64,000 nucleotides of DNA from contig JAWLCQ010000002.1 of NCBI GenBank assembly GCA_041687095.1, positions 28,671-92,670 of the forward strand. The letters run 5' to 3'. The translations under genes were made by a program, and so were the position numbers. This DNA is from Phycisphaerae bacterium (GTDB taxonomy: Bacteria; Planctomycetota; Phycisphaerae; SM23-33). A model generated the notes under the pieces. It had not been told where the DNA came from and ran no database searches. It saw only the letters and a list, made by a program, of their open reading frames with translations. Shown piece after piece: positions 35,882 to 45,340 of the stretch; the first letter of the stretch is position 1; each line of letters opens with the position of its first letter.

Positions 35882-36754
35882 ATGAAGGTCTGGTTGAACG
35901 GCGAGATCCTGGAGAAGGATGAGGCGAAGATCAGCGTCTACGATCACGGGACGCTGTACGGCGACGGGGTGTTCGAGGGCATCCGCATCTACAACGGGCG
36001 GATCTTCCAGTCCGAGGCGCACCTCGACCGGCTGTTTACCTCCGCGAGGTACATCCGCCTGTCGATCCCCTACTCCAAGCAGGAACTGCACGAGGCGACG
36101 CTGGAGGCCATGCGGGCGGACAACCGCACGGACGGGTACGTTCGGCTGGTGGTGACCCGCGGGGCGGGTACGCTGGGCCTGAGCCCCTTCCGCTGCCCGG
36201 TCCCCAACGTCTTCATCATCGTCGACGACATCGCCATGTACCCGCGGGAGATGTACGACAACGGCATGGCCGTCATCATCGCCAAGACCGTCCGCGTCTC
36301 GGCGAGCATGCTCAACCCGCAGGTCAAGAGCCTCAACTACCTCAACAGCATCCTCGCCAAGATCGAGGCCGACGACGCCGGAACCCCCGAGGCCCTGATG
36401 GTCAACGAGCACGGCAACATCGCCGAGGCCACCGCCGACAACGTCTTCATGGTCGCCGACGGCACGCTCGTGACGCCCCCGCCCCAGGATGGCATGCTCA
36501 TCGGGATCACCCGCAACGTCGTCAAGCATCTCGCCCGCCAGGAGGGCATCCCCCTCGCTGAGGAGTCCATCCCCCCCCAGCGCCTCTACGCCGGCGAGGA
36601 GTGCTTCCTCACCGGCACGGCTGCCGAGGTCATCCCGGTCACCCGCGTCGATGGCCGTGCGATCGGCAAGGGCGAGGTGGGGCCCATCACCCGCAGGCTC
36701 ATGAAGGCGTTCCGGGCGTTCATCGACAGCGGCGTCGATATTCCCTACCCCTGA
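35882..36754 (+). CDS. ilvE: Branched-chain amino acid aminotransferase
   Basis: YGDGVFEGIR, KSLNYLNSIL, IAEATADNVF, LIGITR, ECFLTGTAAEVIPV; SD AAGGAG. Confidence 0.93.
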   Translation: MKVWLNGEILEKDEAKISVYDHGTLYGDGVFEGIRIYNGRIFQSEAHLDRLFTSARYIRLSIPYSKQELHEATLEAMRADNRTDGYVRLVVTRGAGTLGLSPFRCPVPNVFIIVDDIAMYPREMYDNGMAVIIAKTVRVSASMLNPQVKSLNYLNSILAKIEADDAGTPEALMVNEHGNIAEATADNVFMVADGTLVTPPPQDGMLIGITRNVVKHLARQEGIPLAEESIPPQRLYAGEECFLTGTAAEVIPVTRVDGRAIGKGEVGPITRRLMKAFRAFIDSGVDIPYP

Positions 36755-38128
36755 TCACTCGTACACCCATTCGCCCTTGCCCGTGTTCTTGATGTCCAGC
36801 TCGTTGAGCACCAGCCGCGTGGCGTCGCGGGTGCGGGCGTAGTGTTCGAGCATGCAGCGGGCGGAGACGGGAATCTCGCCCTTCCACGTGCCCGACATGA
36901 AGCGGACGGTGAGCGGGCGGGACACGTCGAGCATCCCGTCGAGGATCTGGACCTTCAGGCGGCGGACGCGCTTGCCGCGGAGCTTCAGGGCGTTGGCCTC
37001 GCGATCGAGTTCGCCGCTGAACTCGAAGAGGTTCCGCAGAATCTCCTTACGAATGGCCGCCTTCGCCTCCTCGGGCGTCGGGGGGGCCTCGGAGAGGATC
37101 TCGACCCGCAGCCCCTGGGAGAAGTCGATGGGTTTGGCCGTCAGCTCCAGGGCCCCCAGCCAGTAGCTCCGTCCGTGGTGCTCCAGGTGGAAGCGGTGCG
37201 TGATGCTCTGGGGGATGGTCGCGCGGGTGTGCTTGGCGAGGTAGGCCGCGAACTCGCGCGGGGCGGGTTCGCAGCCCTTGTGCCCGACGCCCACCAACTC
37301 GGTTCCGCGGAAGTGTTCGTTCTGCAGCTCCCCCAGGCGGGCGGCGGCTTGGCGACAGAAGTCGCGGTTGCCCAGGTCGCGTGCGTTCTGCCCCGCGTCC
37401 TTCTCGCCCCAGATCGCCCACACGGGCAGGTGGGCGAGGTTCTCCAGGTACATGTCCCCGGTGTGCGGGCTGCCCTCGAACCACGGCACGCCCGCCATCG
37501 GCACGGCCGACGCGAACAGGTCCGGGAACAGCACCGCCAGGTGCCAGCTCACGTGCCCGCCCTGGGAGTACCCGCTGACGTACACGCGGTCGTCGTCGAC
37601 GTTGAGGTTCCGCTTTGCCCACTGCAGGGGCAGGAGGAACGTCTGCTCCTGGTAGGGGCGGGCGTTGAAGCGGGCCTCGCCCGGCAGGGTGGGGGCGACG
37701 AGGAGATACCGCTCGACGTTCTCGCCCAGCAGGCGTTCCATGGCCCGTCCGATCCCCATCCCCCCGCCCTGGTGCTGCCCGTGGGCGGCGAGCAGGAGCG
37801 GGTACGACTTGGCGGGGTCGTAGTCGCGGGGGATGCGGATATGGACCTCCAGGGGCAGCTCCGTCTCGCCGTCACGGACGCGGCTGGTGATGGACGTCCA
37901 GCCCGCGGGGTAGGGGATGTAGTAGACGTCGGAGGCGATGAGGGCGCGGACCTTCTCCGGGTCGTTGTCGCAGGCGGTGAGGACCGCGTCGAGGCGGGCG
38001 GGGATCTGCGACTCGTCGGTCGCCTCCATCAGCTCGTGGAAGGCGTCCTCGGGCGAGGCGGAGGGGGCGAGGGACGGGAGCACGACGATGGACAGGAAGA
38101 CGCAGAGGATGGGATGGATCGTCTTCAT
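36755..38128 (-). CDS. Secreted alpha/beta-hydrolase (esterase/peptidase-like)
   Basis: Signal peptide, YPLLLAAHG, nucleophile elbow SGYSQGG, WAIWGEKD, GVGH. Confidence 0.75.
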   Translation of the reverse strand: MKTIHPILCVFLSIVVLPSLAPSASPEDAFHELMEATDESQIPARLDAVLTACDNDPEKVRALIASDVYYIPYPAGWTSITSRVRDGETELPLEVHIRIPRDYDPAKSYPLLLAAHGQHQGGGMGIGRAMERLLGENVERYLLVAPTLPGEARFNARPYQEQTFLLPLQWAKRNLNVDDDRVYVSGYSQGGHVSWHLAVLFPDLFASAVPMAGVPWFEGSPHTGDMYLENLAHLPVWAIWGEKDAGQNARDLGNRDFCRQAAARLGELQNEHFRGTELVGVGHKGCEPAPREFAAYLAKHTRATIPQSITHRFHLEHHGRSYWLGALELTAKPIDFSQGLRVEILSEAPPTPEEAKAAIRKEILRNLFEFSGELDREANALKLRGKRVRRLKVQILDGMLDVSRPLTVRFMSGTWKGEIPVSARCMLEHYARTRDATRLVLNELDIKNTGKGEWVYE

Positions 38129-38186
38129 CTCCTACATGGTACGGAATCCGCGAGCGAAAAACAGCACGGAGCGGTGAGCTGGATGC

Positions 38187-39155
38187 TCACTCCCCGAGAA
38201 TCGCCTTTCCCCACCGGTCCCAGACTCCGATCCCGATCAGCGATCCATCGCTGTGGTAGGGGGTCCAGGCGTCGTGGAGGGTGGTGCGGAGGGAGTGGGC
38301 CAGGGCGGGCGCATCGTCCAGGGGCAGGGCGAAGAGCGTCGCCGCGGTCATTTGCGCCACGTAGTCCGCGGGGAGCGTGGCCTCCAGGACGTTCTGGCGG
38401 AAGAAGGCCTCGTGGTCGGCGGAGGCGGAATCGCTGCGCAGGACGGCCGCCTGCATCGCGCCCACCAGTCCCCCGTGCGAGAAGTGCGACAGGGAGGCGT
38501 AGTGGGGGTAGAGGGTTTCGGCGAGGGCGCGGAGGGCGGGGTCGGTCAGGAGCGGGAGGGCCTTGGCGGGGGTGGGCATGTCGGCGATGTGGCGGGGGGG
38601 GAAGCGGGGGTCGGGCTCGTCGTTGGTGACGGCGATGCGGAGGGTCTGCAGTTCGTCCTCCCACACGCCCATCTCGCGGGCGAACTCGCGGAGCATCCGC
38701 ACGCCCGGCCCGTCGGAGGCGAAGTGCTCGCCGTACCCGGGCAGGTGCCCCACGCTCACGCGCTCGCGGAAGAACTTCTCGGCGAAGGCCTTCCAGGCGT
38801 TCTTGCGGTAGCGTTTGAACCAGCGGGTGGGCTCGTCGCACAGCAGGACGGCCAGGAAGCATCGTTCGAGTTGCACGCGGGTGAGCGGGAGTGCGTCGAG
38901 GGCCAGGTCCCGCTCCTCGCTGTCCAGCAGGCGGCGGATGGAGCGGTGCGTCCCGCCCATCGCCTGCAGGAGCTGCGCCTCGGTCATGCGGAGATGGATC
39001 TCCTCCAGCGACTGCGACTGGTCCACCCGCATTCGCAGCGTCTCCGTGACGGCCGTCAAGGCCTGCAGCAGCGACGCGTCGAGATCGGCGAGGCTGACGG
39101 CGAGGTCCGTGCGGGGGGGGCGCTGCAGGGGTTGGGGCGCGGGGGGGCGCTCCAT
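38187..39155 (-). CDS. Hypothetical helical protein (weak DUF5677-like)
   Basis: Coding-like codon use; LTRVQLE and Y..LSHFSHGG resemble DUF5677/HEPN-like motifs. Start could be 39155 or 39224. Confidence 0.5.
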   Translation of the reverse strand: MERPPAPQPLQRPPRTDLAVSLADLDASLLQALTAVTETLRMRVDQSQSLEEIHLRMTEAQLLQAMGGTHRSIRRLLDSEERDLALDALPLTRVQLERCFLAVLLCDEPTRWFKRYRKNAWKAFAEKFFRERVSVGHLPGYGEHFASDGPGVRMLREFAREMGVWEDELQTLRIAVTNDEPDPRFPPRHIADMPTPAKALPLLTDPALRALAETLYPHYASLSHFSHGGLVGAMQAAVLRSDSASADHEAFFRQNVLEATLPADYVAQMTAATLFALPLDDAPALAHSLRTTLHDAWTPYHSDGSLIGIGVWDRWGKAILGE

Positions 39156-39379
39156 GTCGCCCGCCTGATTCCGGCCGCGTCCGTGCCCCCGTCCCGATCG
39201 CTCTCGTTTGCCTCGTTGCTCCATGCGTTCATAGATACACGCCCCGCTTGCGGGGGAGAAGTCAAAAGCGCTCGCCGCGGTCGATACTGCGCGAACGACC
39301 GCGAGAAGTGACAGAAGAAGCACCACCAGGTGTGATGCGATGCTCGTCCTGCGGGGCATCCTGGGGCCCCGCAAAACGT

Positions 39380-39418
39380 TTCCCAACGCCCCCGGACGCC
39401 GTCCGGGGGCGTTGGGAA
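39380..39418. repeat. Perfect 18-bp-stem hairpin of the GAC-NNN-GTC family
   Basis: TTCCCAACGCCCCCGGAC GCC GTCCGGGGGCGTTGGGAA, between same-strand genes; may also act as a terminator. Confidence 0.8.
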
Positions 39419-39474
39419 GGGCGTTTCCGCGGTTCGCGCAAGACCCGTCGTGAGACGTCAGTCCTGGTGCGGGA

Positions 39475-40617
39475 TCAGATCGCCCGGTGGCCCGGTCTGC
39501 GCCGCAGGACACCCAGCGCACCCAGCAGGAGCAGGCCCAGCGTGGCGGGCTCGGGGGTGGGGACGGCGAAGAAGGTGCCCCGGCCCTGTCCGCCCATGAA
39601 CGGTTCCTCGTCGAACGTCGCCAGCGAGATCACGTCCCCGTCGAGGCTGATCACGCCCTGCAGCACGTCATCCTGCCCGTCGAAGAGCGTCAGGATCCCG
39701 TTGGGACTCATCACCACGCTGCCGTCGAGCGACACAGTCCCACCGGCACTGGTGTCGAGGCGGAGCGAGTAGGTGCCCGTGAGGGCATCAATCGCCAGTG
39801 TGCCCCACGAGGTCTCGGGGGACCCGGCGGGATCGGTCAGGAGGCCCTGGATCAGCCACGTTCCCGCCGCCTCCGCGAGCCCCCGCCCGGCGGGGGACAT
39901 CCGCGTCAGGACCTCCATTTCGGCCGCGCCGGTTTCGCTGCTGAACCGCCCGGCCATCAGCCCCTCGCCCATGCTGATCACGATCGACTCGGGCGAGCCG
40001 GTGGGCATGACGGTGACCTCGGCCGCCGCGGCGTTCCACGACCACGTGCCGACGCTTACCTCATTGCTGTCCGTCTCCAGGTCCCAGAAGTCGGCCGCGA
40101 ACGTGCCATCCCCGTTGAGCATCACCGAGCCGCTGCTCATGCTCGTCCCCCCGCCGAACTCGATGCTATGGCGGACGTACCCATACGCGCCCATCAGGTC
40201 GGCGGCCGTGTACGCCGTCACCGGCTTGCGGGCGAGCAGATTGATCGCCAGGTGCGACCCGTCCTCGGGCGTGCGGTGGACGTTGACGAGGAAGTTGCTG
40301 GATGCGGCCCCCGTCCAGTTTTCGCCGCTCTGGGTCTCGATGTGGGTCCAGCCCCCGGGCAGTTGCGAGATGCCCACGATGGACTCGATCTCCGGGGGGT
40401 CGCCCCCGCTGTCGGTGAAGGTCGCCGTGCCCGTGGTGGGCGAGGTCATGGCGAACTCGACCGTCCCGGTGTAGACGGCCCCCATCCCGTCCGCATCGGA
40501 TCCCAACTCCCCGTCCCACCACTCCCCATCGAGGCTGAACGTTCCCGCAAGAGCGGGCAGGGCCGCCAGTGCGAGTACCACTCCCACCGTGGCGTACCGG
40601 GCGAAATGAATGCGCAT
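39475..40617 (-). CDS. PEP-CTERM-type surface protein (PTPEP variant)
   Basis: Signal peptide; C-terminus AVPTPEPATLGLLLLGALGVLRRR. Confidence 0.85.
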   Translation of the reverse strand: MRIHFARYATVGVVLALAALPALAGTFSLDGEWWDGELGSDADGMGAVYTGTVEFAMTSPTTGTATFTDSGGDPPEIESIVGISQLPGGWTHIETQSGENWTGAASSNFLVNVHRTPEDGSHLAINLLARKPVTAYTAADLMGAYGYVRHSIEFGGGTSMSSGSVMLNGDGTFAADFWDLETDSNEVSVGTWSWNAAAAEVTVMPTGSPESIVISMGEGLMAGRFSSETGAAEMEVLTRMSPAGRGLAEAAGTWLIQGLLTDPAGSPETSWGTLAIDALTGTYSLRLDTSAGGTVSLDGSVVMSPNGILTLFDGQDDVLQGVISLDGDVISLATFDEEPFMGGQGRGTFFAVPTPEPATLGLLLLGALGVLRRRPGHRAI

Positions 40618-40763
40618 GAGCCGTCCTCCAGTTCCAAAACCTGGGGCGCCCCGAGTGGCCACGCGGCCGCGAGCTTGAGCAATGGGACGCCTGCGAGCTG
40701 CGGGATATTATCCACGGAAATCAGGATTTGTCAAGGTTCGATTCGGCTCGGATTCGATTCCGT

Positions 40764-41792
40764 TCAACCCAGCTCCTCAAGCGTTCGCAGGACGACGGGG
40801 ATGGAGGTTCGCCAGTTGGCGGGCATGTCCTCGGAGACCTCGAAGGCCAGGGCGCGCTTGCCCGCCCGCTCGCGGAGGGCGGCGACGGCGGCGGCGAGGT
40901 CCGCTTCGGGTTTGGTGTAGTGGGCGACGTTGATGTTCGCCCAGAAGGCTTTCTCCGGCCAGCGGCGGCGGGCCTCGTCGTAGGTCAGGTCGCCCTCGGG
41001 CGGTTCGGTGAGGCTCTCGACGATGTGGAATGGGGCGCGGGCGATGTGGTCGGAGATCACGTCGAGCTGTCCGTCGTAGTGCACCATCACCCGCTTGCCC
41101 GCCGCCGTCAGCAGCGGGGCGGCCTGCTCGTAGACGCTCAGCAGGTACTTCGCGTAACGGTCGGGCCCGATCATCCCGATGGTGAGGTTCTCCAGCCACT
41201 TCACGAACTCCCCCGGGCCGGCGGCGACGAGGCGATTGGTCTCCAGGAAGAGCTTCACCATGGACTCGTAGAGGGCGAAGAGTTCAGGGACCTCCATGGC
41301 GACGTCGAGGCAGAACTGCTCCGTGCCCGCGATGTCGATGTTGATGACCATGAAGGGCGTGCGCCCGGGCAGGACGACGGGCAGCCCGCGGTCGCCCAAC
41401 TCCTCGGCCGCCTGCTCGAAGGCGTCGTAGGTGGGGACGGGCTCGGTGTGCTCGGCGGCCCAGCGGAAGACGTCGTAGTCCGCGGGGCTCTTGATCCAGT
41501 CCTCGTAGTGCCACCCGTTCCGCGAGCACTTCCACACGTGCCCGGCGGGGTTCTTCAGGTGGAAGTAACGGTAGCTGTACCCGCCCTCCTGCTTGTCCTC
41601 GGTCCACCGCTCGGTCCCGTGCTCGACGTGCTTGACGGTCCCGAGGTGGCGGATGATGCCCAGTCCCGCATCGACGAGCGGCTCCCACTCGCTACGGTTG
41701 GACGGGTGGAGGAAGAAGTCGTAGATCCCCAGCGGGGTCCGATCGGGCGTCCCGCCACGCAGGGCGACGCTCAGGGCTTCGCGAACGTTCAT
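40764..41792 (-). CDS. Uroporphyrinogen decarboxylase (URO-D/MtaA-CmuA) fold protein
   Basis: DRTPLGIY, WIKSPADY, ENLTIGMIGPDRYAKY, VMVHYDG, VESLTEPPEGD, FWANIN. Confidence 0.75.
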   Translation of the reverse strand: MNVREALSVALRGGTPDRTPLGIYDFFLHPSNRSEWEPLVDAGLGIIRHLGTVKHVEHGTERWTEDKQEGGYSYRYFHLKNPAGHVWKCSRNGWHYEDWIKSPADYDVFRWAAEHTEPVPTYDAFEQAAEELGDRGLPVVLPGRTPFMVINIDIAGTEQFCLDVAMEVPELFALYESMVKLFLETNRLVAAGPGEFVKWLENLTIGMIGPDRYAKYLLSVYEQAAPLLTAAGKRVMVHYDGQLDVISDHIARAPFHIVESLTEPPEGDLTYDEARRRWPEKAFWANINVAHYTKPEADLAAAVAALRERAGKRALAFEVSEDMPANWRTSIPVVLRTLEELG

Positions 41793-41906
41793 CTCTCGGT
41801 CCTTTTTAACGGCCCGCACTGTGAGGGGGCGCATATTCGACAGATCCGGAAGGAAGCAGGGATACAGGGGATGCAGGGGATCGGCAAGGGGGTACTGCGG
41901 CGAGGG

Positions 41907-42698
41907 CTACTTCCGGAAGATCGTCCGGTCCAGGATTCCATGGGCGTTGAAACTGCCGCGGGCGGTCAGCCAGATGGCGAGGAAGACCGTTACGCTGGTC
42001 CCGCTGAAGATCGCGATCATGATGGCGATCTGGTACTTGACGGCGGTAAAGGGCGGGGCGCCGGCGAGGATGGTCCCGGTCATCATTCCCGGGAGCGCGA
42101 CGAGCCCGATCGTCGCCATCGACGCCACGGTCGGGAGGAGGGCGGCTTCCAGGGCGTCACGGAAGTAGGGGCGGATGGCCTCGTGCAGGCGGGCCCCCTG
42201 CGCGAGGCTCTGGGAGTAGGCCTTCTCACCCTTGGCGATCGATTCGTAGAACGTCCGCAGCCCGATGATGTCCGCCCGCAGGCAGTTGCCCAGGATCATG
42301 CCCCCGATGGGGATCACGTACTGGGCGTCGAGCCAGTTGGGGCGGTGGAGTATGGGCCCGATGAAGACCAGCACCGGGATGGCCGTCCCGGCGAGCAGGG
42401 CGAGGGCGACGGGCGCCGCGAACCGCCGCGCCCGCAGCTTGCACCCGCGGACGATGGACCCGTCGGCGACGGAGATCATCACCAGCAGCCACGCGAGGTT
42501 GAGCCACGGGTTGTTCCAGCGGAACACCACCTGCAGGTAGAGCCCCACGAACAGCAGTTGGACGGTCATGCGGACGACCGCGAGGGCGGACTGGCGGAGG
42601 ATGGGCACCCGCTGGTGCAGCAGGATGGCGAGCGGGAGCAGCAGCAGCAGGTATCCGGCCGCCAGGCCCCAGGGAGTGATGGGAACGATGTCGTTCAT
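41907..42698 (-). CDS. ABC permease, UPF0014/FetB(YbbM)-like
   Basis: RMTVQLLFVG, QYVIPIGGMILGN, GLVALPGMMTGTILAGAPPFTAVKYQIAIM. Confidence 0.88.
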   Translation of the reverse strand: MNDIVPITPWGLAAGYLLLLLPLAILLHQRVPILRQSALAVVRMTVQLLFVGLYLQVVFRWNNPWLNLAWLLVMISVADGSIVRGCKLRARRFAAPVALALLAGTAIPVLVFIGPILHRPNWLDAQYVIPIGGMILGNCLRADIIGLRTFYESIAKGEKAYSQSLAQGARLHEAIRPYFRDALEAALLPTVASMATIGLVALPGMMTGTILAGAPPFTAVKYQIAIMIAIFSGTSVTVFLAIWLTARGSFNAHGILDRTIFRK

Positions 42699-43360
42699 GC
42701 CTCGTTCTCCGGGGTTCTCGCGGTGGGGGCGAGTTCGATGGTGCGGTTCGACAGCGCCCGCCACTCGACGTCGTGCGAGACGGACAGGACGGTGAGGTCT
42801 CGCGCGGAGCGGAGGGCGTCGGTGACGGTCTGCTTGTTGGCGGGGTCGAGGGCGCTGGAGGCTTCGTCGAGCAGGAGGATGGGGCGGTCCAGCAGCATGA
42901 CCGACACCAGCGCCACCCGCTGCTTCTCCCCGCCCGAGAGCGTCCCCATGTCCTTGTCGAGCAGGTCGGGGGGCAGGCGGAATCGCTCGAACCATTCGCC
43001 GATCCGCTCGATGTTTGCGCGGAGGTGGGCGTTGGCGCGGTAGGAGAAGGGGCGTTCGATTACCTCGCGTGCCGTCCCCGGGCCCAGGTCCGGCTCCTGG
43101 GCGACATACGCCAGGTCCTTCCGCACCTCCCACACGCTCCGCCCGTCCACCGTCCGCCCCAGTACCCGCACCTCGCCCTCCTGCGGGACCACGAGCCCCA
43201 GCACGCAGCGGAGCACGGTGGACTTGCCCACCCCCGAGGGCCCCGTGAGCGTGACCTTCTCCCCGCGGGCGACCCGCAGCGAGAAGCCCCGCAGCACCCA
43301 TCGCCCGTCATAGGCGACGCCCAGGTTCTCGATGTCGATGGCGGGGTTATTCTCGCTCAT
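42695..43360 (-). CDS. ABC ATP-binding subunit, FetA(YbbL)-like
   Basis: GPSGVGKST, LSGGEKQR, LLDEASSALD, VSHD. Confidence 0.9.
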   Translation of the reverse strand: MSENNPAIDIENLGVAYDGRWVLRGFSLRVARGEKVTLTGPSGVGKSTVLRCVLGLVVPQEGEVRVLGRTVDGRSVWEVRKDLAYVAQEPDLGPGTAREVIERPFSYRANAHLRANIERIGEWFERFRLPPDLLDKDMGTLSGGEKQRVALVSVMLLDRPILLLDEASSALDPANKQTVTDALRSARDLTVLSVSHDVEWRALSNRTIELAPTARTPENEA

Positions 43361-43440
43361 GCGGCCAGTGTAGCGTCCGCGTGCGGTTCCGCAACGTCCT
43401 CGCTTCGTCGGCGAAATTCACCGCGGAGGACGCACGGGCC

Positions 43441-43558
43441 AGGTGAGAGGTTAGAGGTGAGAGGTTAGAGTGCAGGCGCTGCGGCGCCGTCGGCGGCTTG
43501 GGCGCACAGTCACGCTTCACGGCTTGCACTCTCACCTCTAACCTCTCACCTCTAACCT
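43441..43558. repeat. Intergenic element with inverted heptamer-array arms
   Basis: AGGTGAGAGGTTAGAGGTGAGAGGTTAGAG ... CTCTCACCTCTAACCTCTCACCTCTAACCT. Confidence 0.85.
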
Positions 43559-43563
43559 TTCTT

Positions 43564-45129
43564 TCATTCCACCGCGTCGGTGAAGGGGGCGTGTTCGTAG
43601 CGGCAGTCCTGTTCGCAGACGCGGGGGTCGTTCTGCTCGCGGAGGACGGTGAGGAGCTGGTCGCGGAGGCGTTGGAGGTCGGCGGCGTAGGCGTCGTCGC
43701 CGGCGAGGTTGCGGAGGCAGTCGGGGTCGGTGCGGAGGTCGTAGAGTTCCTCCGCGGGGTACTTGCCGAAGCCCATCGCGAACTGCTCGCGGACGGACTC
43801 CTCGGTGCGGTGGTGGACCATCCACGCCTTGGTGGGGCTCGCGTCGAGGTCGGGGTAGGCGGCGAAGGTGTTCCACTGCAGGTCGGCGAAGGGGGGGGGC
43901 GGGGTGTTGGGGTCGTCGAGGCCCTTGGGGTCGCCCATCGGCCAACGGTCGGGGGTGAAGTTGCGGATGTAGAGGAAGTCCCGCGTGCGGATCGCCCGCT
44001 GCGGATACGGCAGGTTGCCCTCGCGGGCGGCGGCGACGTGGCGCTCGCGGCCCATCACCACGAACGTCCGCGCAGGGTCCACCTGCCCGGACTCGCGGGA
44101 CTCCAGCACGTCCAGCAGCGAGCGGGCGCTCATGCCTTCGGGGGGCGTTTCCCCGGCGGACTCCAGGAACGTGGGGGCGAGGTCCATGACGTTCACGAAG
44201 TCCTCGACGATCCGCCCCGCGGGGATCCGCGAGGGCCAGCGGGCGGCCAGCGCGACCTCGCAGCCGATGTCGTGCAGGTTGCACTTCGCCCGGGGGAACC
44301 CGGGGATCCCGTGGTCCCCGCTGACGACGACGAGCGTGTTGTCCAGCTCGCCCAGTTCCTCCAGGCGGCGCATGAGCACACCGAGTCCGGCGTCGACGGC
44401 CATGCACTCCCCGAGGTAGTCGCACACGTCCTCGCGGACCTCGTGCACGTCGGGCCAGAAGGCGGGGAGGCGGCCCTTGAGGTCGTCGGGCTCGATGCCC
44501 CAGAGTTTCTTTCCGCTCCCCCGCTGCCAGTGGCGGTGGGTGTTGGTGGGGCCCCACCAGTAGGCAAAGGGCGTGTCGCGGTCCCAGTCGTCGAGGAAGG
44601 CGTCGAAGTTCCCGCGGACCTCGTCGAGCAGGGCCTGCTTGGCTCCTTCGACCCCTAGTTCGGGGCCGTGCTTGGTCGCCCACTGGGAGAACTGTCCGAA
44701 GTTGGACCCGCACGGGGCGTACCGCGTCCGGTCGGCCCCGTAGGGGGCGTCGATGGGCGTGCCCGGGGACCAGACCTTGTACGTGAACCCGATGTGGTAG
44801 CCCGCCTCCTCCAGCAGCAGCGGGTAGCTCGGGATGGAGGGGTCCCAGACGGCGCCCTGGAGAATGGCGCCCTGCCCGGTCTGCCAGAAGTACCGCCCGC
44901 TGAGGAGGGAGCTGCGGCAGGGGGTGCAGGAGGGGGCGGGGACGTAGGCATTGGTGAACAGGACGCCCTCTCGCGCGACGCGGTCGAAGTTGGGCGTGTC
45001 CAGCACGGCGTTGGGGGAGCGATCGCCCTCGACGGGGGCGTAGGCGGAAGCGTAGCGGCCCCAGTCGTCGGCGAACACGAAGAGGATGTTGGGGCGCTTG
45101 GCGGGTTGGGCGGGCGGTTGGGATGGCAT
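43564..45129 (-). CDS. Sulfatase (Cys-type)
   Basis: RPNILFVFADDWG, APSCTPCRSSLLSGRY, VSGDHGIPGFPRAK, EELYDL. Confidence 0.92.
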   Translation of the reverse strand: MPSQPPAQPAKRPNILFVFADDWGRYASAYAPVEGDRSPNAVLDTPNFDRVAREGVLFTNAYVPAPSCTPCRSSLLSGRYFWQTGQGAILQGAVWDPSIPSYPLLLEEAGYHIGFTYKVWSPGTPIDAPYGADRTRYAPCGSNFGQFSQWATKHGPELGVEGAKQALLDEVRGNFDAFLDDWDRDTPFAYWWGPTNTHRHWQRGSGKKLWGIEPDDLKGRLPAFWPDVHEVREDVCDYLGECMAVDAGLGVLMRRLEELGELDNTLVVVSGDHGIPGFPRAKCNLHDIGCEVALAARWPSRIPAGRIVEDFVNVMDLAPTFLESAGETPPEGMSARSLLDVLESRESGQVDPARTFVVMGRERHVAAAREGNLPYPQRAIRTRDFLYIRNFTPDRWPMGDPKGLDDPNTPPPPFADLQWNTFAAYPDLDASPTKAWMVHHRTEESVREQFAMGFGKYPAEELYDLRTDPDCLRNLAGDDAYAADLQRLRDQLLTVLREQNDPRVCEQDCRYEHAPFTDAVE

Positions 45130-45340
45130 GGTGTGGGCTCCTGGTCTCGATGTCGAGGGGAGCGTAGCGGGTGCGCAGAGCGGGTGCAAGGTGTGGGGTG
45201 GAAAACGGGCGAACTCGCGAGCCGGTCGTATTCCAACGCCGTCCCACGGGACGGACAGCGTCCCGTGGGCATTGGGAGCGAGTTGATTTTCCCGCCGGGC
45301 GATGCAGAATGGCTTGGGCCCACCGGCGGCGGGAGCGCAC

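Noticed and set aside
40764-43360. URO-D-fold protein and FetAB-like ABC pair as part of the heme system
   Set aside because: They lie over 26 kb from the cluster, the Ahb route does not use URO-D, and both families are common stand-alone genes.
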